Positions 19,801 through 30,158 of a stretch of DNA of 64,000 nucleotides are shown here, one piece after another. The notes under the pieces are model-generated. The model was not told the origin of the DNA, ran no database searches, and was given only the letters and a program-made list of their open reading frames with translations. The position numbers and the translations under genes were made by a program. The first letter of the stretch is position 1. Every line of letters begins with the position of its first letter. Source of the DNA: a bacterium (GTDB lineage: Bacteria; JAAXHH01); contig CBDEKM010000011.1 in assembly GCA_965240335.1 (NCBI GenBank), forward strand, positions 129,693 through 193,692. The letters are read 5' to 3'.

Positions 19801-19893
19801 ATCCTGACGCTCATCCTGCTGCCGACGGTCTACACCATCTTCGAGGACCTGAGCAACTGGGTCATGTCGAGCGTGAAGCGGGCGTGGGCGTAA
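16813..19893 (+). CDS. Efflux RND transporter permease subunit, second of the tandem pair
   Basis: 1026 aa RND permease. Its start overlaps the previous stop (ATGA), the arrangement seen in heteromeric MdtBC-type pumps. Confidence 0.85.
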   Translation: MSIAEFSVNRPVTTIMIIVSVVTLGVISYTKLPLMFLPDMSFPSLNVSVPYPSSSPEEVQRLISRPLEDAFGTLSNMKSMESTSNDDNARIRIEFETGTDMNLAAMEVRDRIDQVRGDLPDDVERIRIRRWNPNDMPIYNFSVAWGGDPAEFYNIVTKVIQPRIQRVDGVANVEISGMIEKQLLVHVDNEKLQSHNLDMFSLSQTLVQNNITMTAGTVTEGGRKYAVRSVNEYRAADEVANLPIPGTTLSLRDVAQVKFDYPEDDSFQRLNGVDAVTIRVYKTSTANIVDVAQRTASVLDELKAQPQFVDLETRVFFDQSQSITDRLSDLRNTGLLGGLLAVIVLYLFLRNIRSTVIISLAIPISIICTFTFMYLLREGAGSTVSINLISLMGLMLAVGMLVDSAVVVLESIYRHRQESNLPARIAAVVGTREVTMAIIAATATTLCVFLPLVFLGGGSRVMLFMKDFVVTFCIVMVAAVFIALTLIPLVSSRLFNRPLGKPSSFFARLSNLYSAILAWNLRHRFVTVAAFAAILYGSYWLYQNIETEFQPMAPTRDITIAADLPGSYSIENVKEVFGDVETLLLDNKEDFQIESISSYGSLRRANFRIVLTPPEERQESATQLQGRITKALPEIAGVRWRPGRMRRHGGGQTGVNVELRGDNMAVLSNIAEDIRTRMEVIPGLKDVDTSLERGDEEIQVQVDRAMAQTYGISPRQAARTVQAALSSRARGKFKTEDREVDILLHLEAEDRANMQQLQNMTFERAEGGMIPVGNLADFSRQKGPDAIRRQDRESQVEVGGNTTGPASRKINAQVTEMMGNLELPPGYSWSMGRNFSMMRESQSEFLFAILLSVVLIYLIMAAISESFIQPFTILLSVLCGLVGAFIVFYLSGTTLNTNSYLGIIVLSGLAVNNAIVLIDHVNRLRKEGKTRTEALLLGGRHRLRPILMTSLTTIFGLMPMVAPILFPEIFGPVEDRGANQWGPVSLALVGGLTTSGILTLILLPTVYTIFEDLSNWVMSSVKRAWA

Positions 19894-19900
19894 ACGTTTT

Positions 19901-21478
19901 TTACATCGCCGAGTGGAATACCCGGTCGTAGACCTGGTGGACGCGGCCTGTGTGTTTCGCATAGGCCGCCAGCATCCTGTCCGGGGCGGCCTCCCTTGCT
20001 TCCGGGGAGGTGCCGGAAAGTCCCATCATGCCGGCCAGGACGGCCTGGGCCCCGCGGTCCCGGGGGATCTCGTGGGTCTGGTGGCCCGAGGTCATCTGGA
20101 TGCGGTTTTCCAGGTCCCGCAGGAAGAGATAGGCGTCGTCCAGGTCGGAAGCCTCGCTCTCTGACAGATACCCGCGTTCGGCCAGGAACTCCAGCATCCT
20201 TCGCGTGCCGCGTTCCCACGTCCACTTCTGGGATCCGCCGTATACGAGCTGGAATCCCTGGGCGATAAACTCGACCTCCCTGATCCCGCCCGTTCCCAGC
20301 TTGACATGGTAGTCCCCGCTGCCCCGTTCCATCAACGCCCGTTTGATGCGTTCCCGCATGTGGTTGATGTCTTCCAGGATCAGCGGCTGGTCGTGGGCGG
20401 GGTAGAACACGAAGGGCTGGATCGTGTCGAGGAACCGGTCCCCCACTTCTTTGCTCCCCGCCGAGCACCGGGCCTTCAGCAGCGCCTGGCGCTGCCAGGC
20501 CTGTCCCTGGATCTCGTAGTGCCATCGGTAGCCTTCGAGCGAGTTGGCGATGTCGCCTGCCCGTCCCTCCGGACGCAGACGCAGATCGACGCGGAACACC
20601 TGTCCGTCTGGCGTTAATCGGCTGATGAGGTCGGTGACGGACCGGGCGAGTTTCGGGTAGTACTCGTAGGTGGACAGGCCATCCTTTTCGGTGCGGCCGT
20701 CCGTGGCATCGTAGACGTAGAGCAGGTCGATGTCCGAACTAAAGTTCAGATCACGTCCCCCCAGCTTTCCCATGCCGATGACGGCGAAACCGCTCGGCCG
20801 CGTACCCTCCAGCATCGGCCGTCCGTGCCGCGCCTCCAGTTTTCTACCACAGACATCGTGGGCCGCCTGCAGGCAGATGTCGGCCACGTCCGAGAGCCGT
20901 TCAAGGATCGTCGGCGTATCGGACTGCTTCATCAGATCGCACACGGCGATGCGCAGATAGGTCCGCTTCTTGAAATCGCGGAGGGGTTTCATGGCCTCGT
21001 CTGGAGATGAAACGCCTTGAAACGCCTCCTCCAGTTCGGCTTCCATCTGCTCCGCGGTCTGCAGAATACGCCACGAATCACCGCCGAAGGTGTCGATCAG
21101 GAAACCCAGGTCCTGGACAAGCACGGTACTGAGGTACGGGCTGCACGACAGGATCGTGAGCAGGGCGTTCCTGGATTCCGACGGAACGGCCAGCAGGTTC
21201 AGCAGGGCCGGGATGTGATCATCACTGCTTCGTGTGATGACCGCGTGCAGGTTGATGAGCGCCCGATCGGGTTGCAGGGAGGCGCCCGCCGCGTCGACCA
21301 GCGCCGGAAAGAGATTGCCCGGTATCGCCAGTGGGGACAGTCGCCCGTCGATCTGTCCCAGCAGGTGCCAGGCGTCGGCCGGGTCGCCGAATCCGAAGGA
21401 CCGAAGCCGATCGGACATCGCGGCCGGCAACGGCGACGAAAGCGCGAAACGGTCAAATGAGAGCGTCGTCATGGGCAT
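19901..21478 (-). CDS. glnE: Glutamine synthetase adenylyltransferase/adenylyl-removing enzyme, single-domain (half-size) form
   Basis: 525 aa with GlnE nucleotidyltransferase signatures (…GMGKLGGRDLNFSSDIDLLYVY…). This is about half the length of E. coli GlnE. Confidence 0.75.
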   Translation of the reverse strand: MPMTTLSFDRFALSSPLPAAMSDRLRSFGFGDPADAWHLLGQIDGRLSPLAIPGNLFPALVDAAGASLQPDRALINLHAVITRSSDDHIPALLNLLAVPSESRNALLTILSCSPYLSTVLVQDLGFLIDTFGGDSWRILQTAEQMEAELEEAFQGVSSPDEAMKPLRDFKKRTYLRIAVCDLMKQSDTPTILERLSDVADICLQAAHDVCGRKLEARHGRPMLEGTRPSGFAVIGMGKLGGRDLNFSSDIDLLYVYDATDGRTEKDGLSTYEYYPKLARSVTDLISRLTPDGQVFRVDLRLRPEGRAGDIANSLEGYRWHYEIQGQAWQRQALLKARCSAGSKEVGDRFLDTIQPFVFYPAHDQPLILEDINHMRERIKRALMERGSGDYHVKLGTGGIREVEFIAQGFQLVYGGSQKWTWERGTRRMLEFLAERGYLSESEASDLDDAYLFLRDLENRIQMTSGHQTHEIPRDRGAQAVLAGMMGLSGTSPEAREAAPDRMLAAYAKHTGRVHQVYDRVFHSAM

Positions 21479-21617
21479 GGCCTCTTGAGACTCATGGGCT
21501 TGACCTGCCGAAAAAAGACCGCGCCTCCCCGCTGGAACACGGTGGAGGCGCGCGATACATAATGACCTTGCGGTCAGGATTGATCAGATGTTGAACCTGA
21601 CCAGACGTCGCTGCTGA

Positions 21618-23033
21618 CTAGACGTCGTAGTAGAGACCGAACTCCCACGGGTGCGGACGCAGGCGGATCTGGTCCAGTTCGTTCTCCCGCTTCAGGGCGA
21701 TGTAGGTCTCGATCAGGTCCGGCGTGAACACGTCGCCCTTGAGGAGATATTCGTGATCGTTTTCGAGGGCGTCCAGCGCCTCGGCCAGATCCTGCGGCGT
21801 GTGGGCTACTTCCGCGGCCTGTTCCGGTTCCAGGTCGTAGAGGTCGAGATCGATCGGTTCGGGCGGCTCGATCCTGTTCTCGATACCGTCCAGACCGGCC
21901 ATCGCCATGGCGGTGAAGGCCAGGTACGGGTTGGCTGCCGGATCGGGCGTACGGAACTCGATCCGCTTGGCTTTCTCGCTCTTCGAATACATGGGAATGC
22001 GCACACAGGCGCTGCGGTTCCGTTGCGAGTAGATCAGGTTGATCGGGGCTTCGTAGCCCGGTACGAGCCGGCGGTAGGAGTTCGTCGTCGGCGCGGCAAA
22101 GGCCAGGACCGACGCGCAGTGCTTGAGCAACCCGCCGATGTAGTGCCGGGCCATATCGCTCAGGTCGGCATAGGAGCCGGCCTCGAAGAAGAGGTTGCGG
22201 CCGTCCTTCCAAAGGCTCTGGTGCACGTGCATGCCCGATCCGTTGTCCTCGAAGATGGGCTTCGGCATGAAGGTCACCGTCTTGCCGGCTTGCCTGGCGA
22301 CGTTCTTGACGATGTACTTGTACATGAGCAGATCGTCGGACATCCGCAGCAGCGTGTTGAAGTGGATGTCGATCTCCGACTGTCCCGCCGTGCCTACCTC
22401 GTGGTGGTGGACTTCAGACTCGATGCCCGATTCGCGTAGCGTCAGCACCATGCGCGTGCGCAGGTCCTGGAAAGAATCCACCGGCGGCACGGGAAAATAA
22501 CCCCGCTTGTAGGGGATCTTGTTGCCGAGGTTCGGTCCCTCGTTCCGTCCCGTATTCCACCATCCCTCGCTGGAGTCGACCCGGTGAAAACTGGCGTTGG
22601 GCTTCTGTGCGAACCGAACGTCGTCGAAGATGTAGAACTCGGCTTCCGGGCCGAAATAGGCCGTGTCGGCGAGACCGATGGACTGCATGTAGGCTTCGGC
22701 CTTCTGGGCGACGTACCGCGGGTCGCGGGTGTACATTTCGAGGGTCACCGGATCCTTGACGTTGCAGATCAGGATCAGCGTATTTTCCTCGGTGAAGGGA
22801 TCCATCTTGGCCGACAGCGGATCGGGAATCAGGATCATGTCGCTCTGGTCGATGGTCTGGAATCCCCGAACGCTCGAGCCGTCGAACCCGAGGCCTTCCT
22901 CGAAGGTTTCTTCTTCCAGCGTTTCGATTGGCGCGGAGAAGTGCTGCCACGTTCCCGGCACGTCGATGAACCGGAAATCGACCATTTTCACATCGTTTTC
23001 CCTTGCGTAATCTATTACTTCACTTGGCGTCAC
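21618..23033 (-). CDS. glnA: Glutamine synthetase type I
   Basis: 471 aa with GSI beta-grasp and catalytic domains. It retains the adenylylation-loop tyrosine (…[12 protein letters not shown]…). Confidence 0.9.
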   Translation of the reverse strand: MTPSEVIDYARENDVKMVDFRFIDVPGTWQHFSAPIETLEEETFEEGLGFDGSSVRGFQTIDQSDMILIPDPLSAKMDPFTEENTLILICNVKDPVTLEMYTRDPRYVAQKAEAYMQSIGLADTAYFGPEAEFYIFDDVRFAQKPNASFHRVDSSEGWWNTGRNEGPNLGNKIPYKRGYFPVPPVDSFQDLRTRMVLTLRESGIESEVHHHEVGTAGQSEIDIHFNTLLRMSDDLLMYKYIVKNVARQAGKTVTFMPKPIFEDNGSGMHVHQSLWKDGRNLFFEAGSYADLSDMARHYIGGLLKHCASVLAFAAPTTNSYRRLVPGYEAPINLIYSQRNRSACVRIPMYSKSEKAKRIEFRTPDPAANPYLAFTAMAMAGLDGIENRIEPPEPIDLDLYDLEPEQAAEVAHTPQDLAEALDALENDHEYLLKGDVFTPDLIETYIALKRENELDQIRLRPHPWEFGLYYDV

Positions 23034-23216
23034 GAGTCGTTCTCCTCCCTGTTGGGGTCTGTCTGAATCGATGATGGAAAATTCCGGGACGGCTTTGATC
23101 CACCCGGGGAGGTCGGCTGCGACCTACCCCATCACCGCAACAATGATGAATTTCGCCATCAAAACAAACACAGCAATCTAATGTACATTGTCATTGTTTC
23201 GCAAGTGTTTCCCCAA

Positions 23217-23283
23217 GGTTAAATCCTTGTTAAATCACCGATTTTTATTTCGATCCCTTCGACAGTTAAATCGACAGTTAAAT
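23217..23283. promoter_or_regulatory. Cluster of four GTTAAAT motifs, including a perfect 12-bp tandem (CGACAGTTAAAT x2), in the glnA/htrA divergent intergenic region
   Basis: GTTAAAT at 23217, 23229, 23265 and 23277, with the tandem at 23260-23283. A candidate nitrogen or stress regulator operator. Confidence 0.3.
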
Positions 23284-23356
23284 CGTGTGGAACAACAGGA
23301 CTGCGTTTCGTCCTTCCAGGTGGGGTTACGACGCGTGATCCAGGGGAAAAAGGTAT

Positions 23357-23391
23357 TGACTTGAACGGCTCTCGCTCATATAATGTGGTAT
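23357..23391 (+). promoter_or_regulatory. Consensus sigma-70-type promoter (TTGACT, 17-nt spacer, TATAAT) facing the protease gene
   Basis: ttgact tgaacggctctcgctca tataat, read directly from the sequence. Confidence 0.4.
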
Positions 23392-23526
23392 CTATTTCAA
23401 GGGCCGGTGAACCGGTTGAATCAGGTTTATCCGGGTCGTTCATGTGCAGGACTTTTTCCGGCATTTCCGACTGAAATCAATGTTGTTAAGATTCTGCGTG
23501 GTTGCGGTGCGGATGCCCGGTGCCGA

Positions 23527-24858
<1,332 letters not shown>

Positions 24859-24867
24859 GGTAACCGA

Positions 24868-25509
24868 ATGGTACGCGACGGTTGGGTCCTGGTTATCCCC
24901 CTGGCGGCGCTGGCCGTTGGCTGCCTGGTGGGCGACTACCTGGCCCCCGGATTGATCTGGATCGTGTTGGCGGCGGGGTTTGGCGCGTTGGCCGTATTCA
25001 TAGGATTCTTCTTTCGAGATCCGACCAGAATGGTGCCCCCGGGCGAAGGCCTGGTGATCTCCGGCGGTGACGGCAAGGTCGTGGCGGTCGAGGAAATTGA
25101 GAACGACCCCTTCATCGACGGACCGGCCACGCAGATCAGCGTGTTCCTGTCCATCGTGAACGTGCACGTCAACCGGATTCCGATCTCCGGCGTGGTGAAG
25201 TTGCGGCAGCGTATTGAAGGCCAGTTCAAGCTCGCCTTCAAGGAAGAGGCCTCGGGTGACAACGCGCAGATGGTCCTTGGCATCGAAGGGGAACAGGGCC
25301 GCGTCCTGATCAAGCAGATCGTCGGTTTCGTGGCCCGGCGCATCGTTTGTAACGTCCAGGAGGGCGACGAGGTGCGCATCGGCGACCGGTTCGGCCTGAT
25401 ACGCTTTGGATCGAGAATAGACGTAATCGTACCGGCCGGCACGGACATCCGGGTGAAGAACGGGGACCGGGTCCGGGGTGGAGAAACGATACTGGGAGAG
25501 TTGAAATGA
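24868..25509 (+). CDS. psd: Phosphatidylserine decarboxylase-related proenzyme (short Psd form)
   Basis: 213 aa with the FGSR self-cleavage motif (…LIRFGSRIDV…) and N-terminal TM helices. Confidence 0.75.
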   Translation: MVRDGWVLVIPLAALAVGCLVGDYLAPGLIWIVLAAGFGALAVFIGFFFRDPTRMVPPGEGLVISGGDGKVVAVEEIENDPFIDGPATQISVFLSIVNVHVNRIPISGVVKLRQRIEGQFKLAFKEEASGDNAQMVLGIEGEQGRVLIKQIVGFVARRIVCNVQEGDEVRIGDRFGLIRFGSRIDVIVPAGTDIRVKNGDRVRGGETILGELK

Positions 25510-26264
25510 AAACCTGGATGCGCGTCGCGTTACCGAACGTGTTCACGCTGGGAAGCATCTTCTGCGGAGTTTCCGCGATCTTCTACTGCATCGACGGGTT
25601 CAACGCCATGACGGGCGATCCCGGCCGCGCGCCGTGGCTCATCATTGCAGCCGCCCTGCTGGACAGCATCGACGGCAAGGTCGCGCGCTTCAGCCAGGGA
25701 GCGACCCGGTTCGGCATCGAACTCGATTCCCTGGCCGACGTGATTTCCTTCGGCGTGGCGCCCATAGTGCTGGTCTATACCCTCAAACCCTTCGGCGATA
25801 TCACCTGGGCGCTCTGCCTGCTCTTCCTGATGTGCGGCGCTATTCGACTCGCCCGGTACAACGTGACGACCCTGCGCCGGGTGGAGCGGATCAACCAGGA
25901 AAAAGACAACTTCATGGGCCTGCCGATCCCCGTTGCGGCGATCGCCGTGGCCTCCTATGTCATCTTCTGCTGGGACCGTTGGGAAGAACTGCATCTTGAA
26001 GGACCATTCATGGGGTTCATGCTCCTCCTGTCCATACTCATGGTCAGCCCCCTGTCCTACCGGACCCTGCCGTCGCTCGCCTTCAAGAGCAAGTGGTCCA
26101 TACTCAAGCTGGTCGGTATTGCCGTCGCCCTGGTGGCCCTGGTATGGGACCCTAAGCTGACGATCTTTCCCATAGTGCTGCTCTACATCCTCTCCGGCAT
26201 CGCGGCCTGGTGCATTCACATGGTCCGACACGAGGAGGACGTGGCGCTATCCGCGGAAGAATGA
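25506..26264 (+). CDS. pssA: CDP-diacylglycerol--serine O-phosphatidyltransferase (CDP-alcohol phosphatidyltransferase family)
   Basis: 252 aa; D-G-x2-A-R…G-x3-D-x3-D motif (DSIDGKVARFSQGATRFGIELDSLADVISFG). Translationally coupled to psd. Confidence 0.85.
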   Translation: MKTWMRVALPNVFTLGSIFCGVSAIFYCIDGFNAMTGDPGRAPWLIIAAALLDSIDGKVARFSQGATRFGIELDSLADVISFGVAPIVLVYTLKPFGDITWALCLLFLMCGAIRLARYNVTTLRRVERINQEKDNFMGLPIPVAAIAVASYVIFCWDRWEELHLEGPFMGFMLLLSILMVSPLSYRTLPSLAFKSKWSILKLVGIAVALVALVWDPKLTIFPIVLLYILSGIAAWCIHMVRHEEDVALSAEE

Positions 26265-26363
26265 CAGGAAAGGACGGCATGGCCACCCGCGTTTCATCTC
26301 GAATACGAAATCCGAATACGGCGGGACGTCTGAAGTTCCGATCACAATACGGAGAGTCCGTCC

Positions 26364-26639
26364 ATGGCGCAAGGTAGAGGGATCGCCAAACTTACGCTTT
26401 ACATCCTGGTGGGTGCCATCTTGGGCGGCCTGGTCGGCGAGTTGGTCGGACTCCTCCTGGGATACTTCATGCCGGGCAGCATGGTGGAGAAGTTTTTCCT
26501 CGAAGTCTTCGTCTACACCTTTCCACCGGCCACGCTGCCCCTCGTTGTACTATCTATCACATTCGGCTTCACGCTGCAAGTGAATGTCATCAGCATCCTC
26601 GGTATCGGTTTCGCCACCTACTACTATCGCTGGTACTAG
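26364..26639 (+). CDS. Small integral membrane protein (hypothetical)
   Basis: 91 aa with two predicted TM helices. Confidence 0.4.
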   Translation: MAQGRGIAKLTLYILVGAILGGLVGELVGLLLGYFMPGSMVEKFFLEVFVYTFPPATLPLVVLSITFGFTLQVNVISILGIGFATYYYRWY

Positions 26640-26784
26640 TACCGCAAACAAGATGACGAAACGATACCCATCCCGATCCCTGATTATCCCCGTTCGCGTT
26701 GAACCAACCCCGGCACACGACCCTTTGCGACGGTCTCTCCAGATTTTCGCCCCGGAGCTGGAACGTTTACAGCGGACTTACGCG

Positions 26785-28002
26785 ATGCCCAGCGCGGTCC
26801 TGGCTTTTTCCCTGGTATTGGCCACGTTCTTCGCAGGTGTCCTGAGTCCCGCCGTGGCCCGGCCCGCGATGCAAACGATCCCGGAGTTCAATTTCGAAAA
26901 ACAGGAGATTGTCATCGGACCGGCAGTACGGCAGACCGTGCTAACGGGATTTCTGCTGGGCGGCGATGTGGCGGACCTGGCCGTGGTGAACTTGGACGAT
27001 CGTGGTGACCGCCGCCTGTGCATATACGCCGGTGAAGATGGGACCTGGGCACTGAACATTGACGCTACGCTGCGTCCCGACGTGTCGTTTGTCGATGTTG
27101 CCCGCATCGGCGGCCACGAACGGCTGCTCACGTACGAAGAGGGCCGGCTGAATACGTGGGATCCCGTATCGCTGGCGGAACGCGAACTCGTGACCACCAC
27201 GTCCAGTTTCACGCCCCCTCACCCGGGCGAAGTGCCCCACGTGGACGTAACGCACGATGTGAATGGCGACGGAAGAATCGACCTCGTCATTCCCGGCGAC
27301 GATGGATTCCGGGTATTCGTCCAGTTGAACGACGGCTCATTCGCCGACCCGGTGGAGATCGGTCCGCCTCCCGCCCTGGACCGTATCTACGGAGCCGACG
27401 GATATCGATACGACCCATGGAGCGTAAGCAGGGTCCACCAGATCGACCACAACGGTGACGGCCGCGTCGACCTGGTGTCATGGAACGTGGACCACTTCGA
27501 AGTGCATGTCCAGGACACCCGGGGACTGATTGGCCCGGTACCTGTGACCTTCACGACCGACGTGCTATTCGATTCCGATGATCTTTCCTCGCTTGCAACC
27601 GGGGCCATGTCCGGCAGGGTGCTTCATTCGTTCGCGGACCTGAACGGCGACGGCGTCGCCGACATGGTGGTATACTCCCTTGAAGGCGATGACATTTCCA
27701 GCAAGCGTTCCGCATACGAAGTGCACTTTGGCACACGCACATACGATAGCTGTATACAGTACGCATCCGATATCGACTTCTCGATCCGATCCGAAGGCAA
27801 CATCCAGCTCGCCATGGAACGCCGCGATATCGATGGGGATGGCGAAACCGACCTGGTCGTCACCACGATCGAAACCAGGTATCTCGAAAGCAGTCTTTTA
27901 AAACGGATCAAGGGCTTCATGGGCGATGACATCTGGTTGAATCTCGAGTTCTACCGCGTAAGCGGGGGACGCATTCCGGACCCGGCCCACGGCCACGCAT
28001 AG
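26785..28002 (+). CDS. FG-GAP / VCBS repeat-containing secreted protein
   Basis: Signal peptide MPSAVLAFSLVLATFFAGVLSPAVARP. Repeated DxNGDGxxDLV Ca-binding FG-GAP motifs (DVNGDGRIDLV, DHNGDGRVDLVSW, DLNGDGVADMVVYS, DIDGDGETDLVV). Confidence 0.6.
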   Translation: MPSAVLAFSLVLATFFAGVLSPAVARPAMQTIPEFNFEKQEIVIGPAVRQTVLTGFLLGGDVADLAVVNLDDRGDRRLCIYAGEDGTWALNIDATLRPDVSFVDVARIGGHERLLTYEEGRLNTWDPVSLAERELVTTTSSFTPPHPGEVPHVDVTHDVNGDGRIDLVIPGDDGFRVFVQLNDGSFADPVEIGPPPALDRIYGADGYRYDPWSVSRVHQIDHNGDGRVDLVSWNVDHFEVHVQDTRGLIGPVPVTFTTDVLFDSDDLSSLATGAMSGRVLHSFADLNGDGVADMVVYSLEGDDISSKRSAYEVHFGTRTYDSCIQYASDIDFSIRSEGNIQLAMERRDIDGDGETDLVVTTIETRYLESSLLKRIKGFMGDDIWLNLEFYRVSGGRIPDPAHGHA

Positions 28003-28079
28003 CATCCAGCTGGACGGCGCCCCCAGCCCCCGGGAACCGGGATGGGTGCCCTTGAACGTCGTGCTGCAGGGCGGGAAGC

Positions 28080-28427
28080 ATGCACTTCGAAAAGACCGTG
28101 AACAATATCAGGCGGGCGTTCAACAAGAACCTGTTCATCGGGGACGTGACCGGAAATGGCCGCTCCGACCTGATGATCGAGTGGACCCACCGGGAAATGC
28201 ATGTATACGCCGGTGTCCCGGGTCCCGATCTGTTCACCCGGCAGCCCCGGAAGGTCGCGGTCGAATTGCCCAATGACGAGGAGTTCACCTGGTTGGCCGA
28301 CCTCAACAGGGACGGCAGGCAGGACATCGTCTTGCACCATCCGTTCACGCAGCGGGATGCGCACGGGGCACCAAAGCTGCAACCAGGCATCGAACCACAT
28401 CGCGTGACGCTTCTGATCTCGCGGTGA
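28080..28427 (+). CDS. FG-GAP repeat protein fragment or small paralog, possibly a frameshifted continuation of the previous gene
   Basis: 115 aa with GDVTGNGRSDLMIEW and ADLNRDGRQDIVL repeats. A third frame (28046-28276) bridges the two ORFs. Confidence 0.35.
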   Translation: MHFEKTVNNIRRAFNKNLFIGDVTGNGRSDLMIEWTHREMHVYAGVPGPDLFTRQPRKVAVELPNDEEFTWLADLNRDGRQDIVLHHPFTQRDAHGAPKLQPGIEPHRVTLLISR

Positions 28428-28576
28428 CACGCAGGCGAAGTTCAGCAACGGGGAGCAGGTTCAGGCAAGTGGAGTCGCAAAATGGAGCGCAGACGCGTCG
28501 ATCCAGGTGGAGCAAGTCGAGCAATAAACGAATAGTTCTTGGTTCTGGATTAGGTAGAACGATTCTGGAGTAAATT

Positions 28577-30136
28577 GTGGAACAACTCAATCAAATAGCA
28601 GCCCATGAACTGGCGCCGAAGATCAGGTCGGGTGAAATAAAAGCCGAAGAGGTGGCCAGGGAAGTGCTGCACCAGATCGAAGAGAAAGATCCCTGCCATC
28701 AACGCCTACCTGACGGTCGACCCGGAAACGGTGATCGAGGACGCGCAGGAACGTGGACCGGCGCATCGCCGTAGGCGAGTCCACCGGACCGCTGGCCGGC
28801 GTTCCCATCGCCATCAAGGACGCCATCTGCACGAAGGGCCTGGAAACCACCTGCGCCTCCAGGATCCTCGACGGATTCGTCCCGCCCTACGACGCTACCG
28901 TCATCGCCCGGTTGCGCGAGGCGGATGCCGTGATCATCGGCAAGACCAACATGGACCAGTTCGGCATGGGGTCCTCCAACGAGAACACCGGTTTCGAGAT
29001 CTGTAGAAACCCGCTGGATACTACCCGCGTACCTGGTGGCTCGAGCGGTGGTTCTGCCGCGGCCCTGTCGGCGGGCACGGCGGTCCTGGCCCTGGGTGAG
29101 GACACCGGCGGCTCGATCCGTCAGCCCGCGGCTTTCTGCGGTGTTGTGGGGCTGAAGCCCACCTACGGCCGCGTCTCCCGCTTCGGCATCATCGCCTACG
29201 GATCGTCCTTCGACCAGGTCGGCCCCATGGCCCGGAACGTGGAAGACTGTGCACGGCTCCTGGGCGTCATCGCCGGGCATGACCGGCTCGATACCACCTC
29301 GGCCACGGAGGCGGTGCCCGACTACACGTCGACTCTTGAAACACGGCATCGATGGCATGCGCATCGGCGTGCCGGAAGAATACATGGCCGAGGGCCTGGA
29401 CTCCGCCGTGAAGGAAGGCGTCAATCGTGCGATCGAACGCATGGCAGCACTCGGCGCCCGCGTGGAGACCGTCCATCTTCCCCACACCGAGTACGCCGTG
29501 GCCGCCTACTACATTTTAGTCACCGCCGAAGCCTCCTCCAACCTGGCGAGGTACGATGGCGTCAAGTATGGCTACCGGGGCGAGGGTGGTGGGCCGGGGA
29601 CAAATGAAGGTGCAGTTGGGAATGTCGGCGCGCCGGGAACCGGTGGAGCGCAGGGAACTGACGACGCCGCGGGAGTTGGCGCAGCGACTTCTATGCCGGA
29701 CGAGGACAGACTGACCGCCATGTACGGAGCGACCCGAAGCGAGGGTTACGGTTTCGAGGTGAAGCGACGCATCATGCTTGGAACCTATGTGCTCAGCGCC
29801 GGTTACTATGACGCCTACTATGACAAGGCACAGCGGGTCCGGACGCTCATCAAGGGAGACTTCGAACAGGCCTTCAATAAGTTCGATCTCCTGGTGGCGC
29901 CCACCACGCCCACCACCGCATTTCGAATCGGCGAGAAGATCGACGACCCGCTGCAGATGTACCTGTCTGATGTATACACCGTGCCCATCAACCTCGCCGG
30001 CGTGCCGGCCATATCCATTCCCTGTGGCAAGGGTCCGGATGGTATGCCCATCGGCCTGCAGATCATCGGTCCCCACTTCGGCGAAGAGCGGATCCTTCGG
30101 GCGGCATATGCTCTCGAAGAATCGGCGCGGACGTGA
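28577..30136 (+). pseudogene. gatA: Glu-tRNA(Gln)/Asp-tRNA(Asn) amidotransferase subunit A, interrupted by at least three frameshifts
   Basis: N-terminus (28577-28700), the [19 protein letters not shown] segment (frame 0), the amidase-signature core from 28753 (…[10 protein letters not shown]…) and the C-terminal third from about 29330 lie in three different frames. Single-base indels at about 28700, 28748 and 29335 restore a canonical GatA. Confidence 0.7.
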
Positions 30137-30158
30137 GAAAACAACCGAGAAAGTGAAC

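Noticed and set aside
25530-26231. 233-aa minus-strand ORF antisense to pssA
   Set aside because: pssA carries the CDP-alcohol phosphatidyltransferase motif; the antisense frame is His/Gly/Arg-rich noise.
28731-29607. Track ORFs 28731-29006, 28753-29607 and 29249-30136 as separate genes
   Set aside because: All are consecutive frame-shifted pieces of one gatA gene and are merged into a single pseudogene call.
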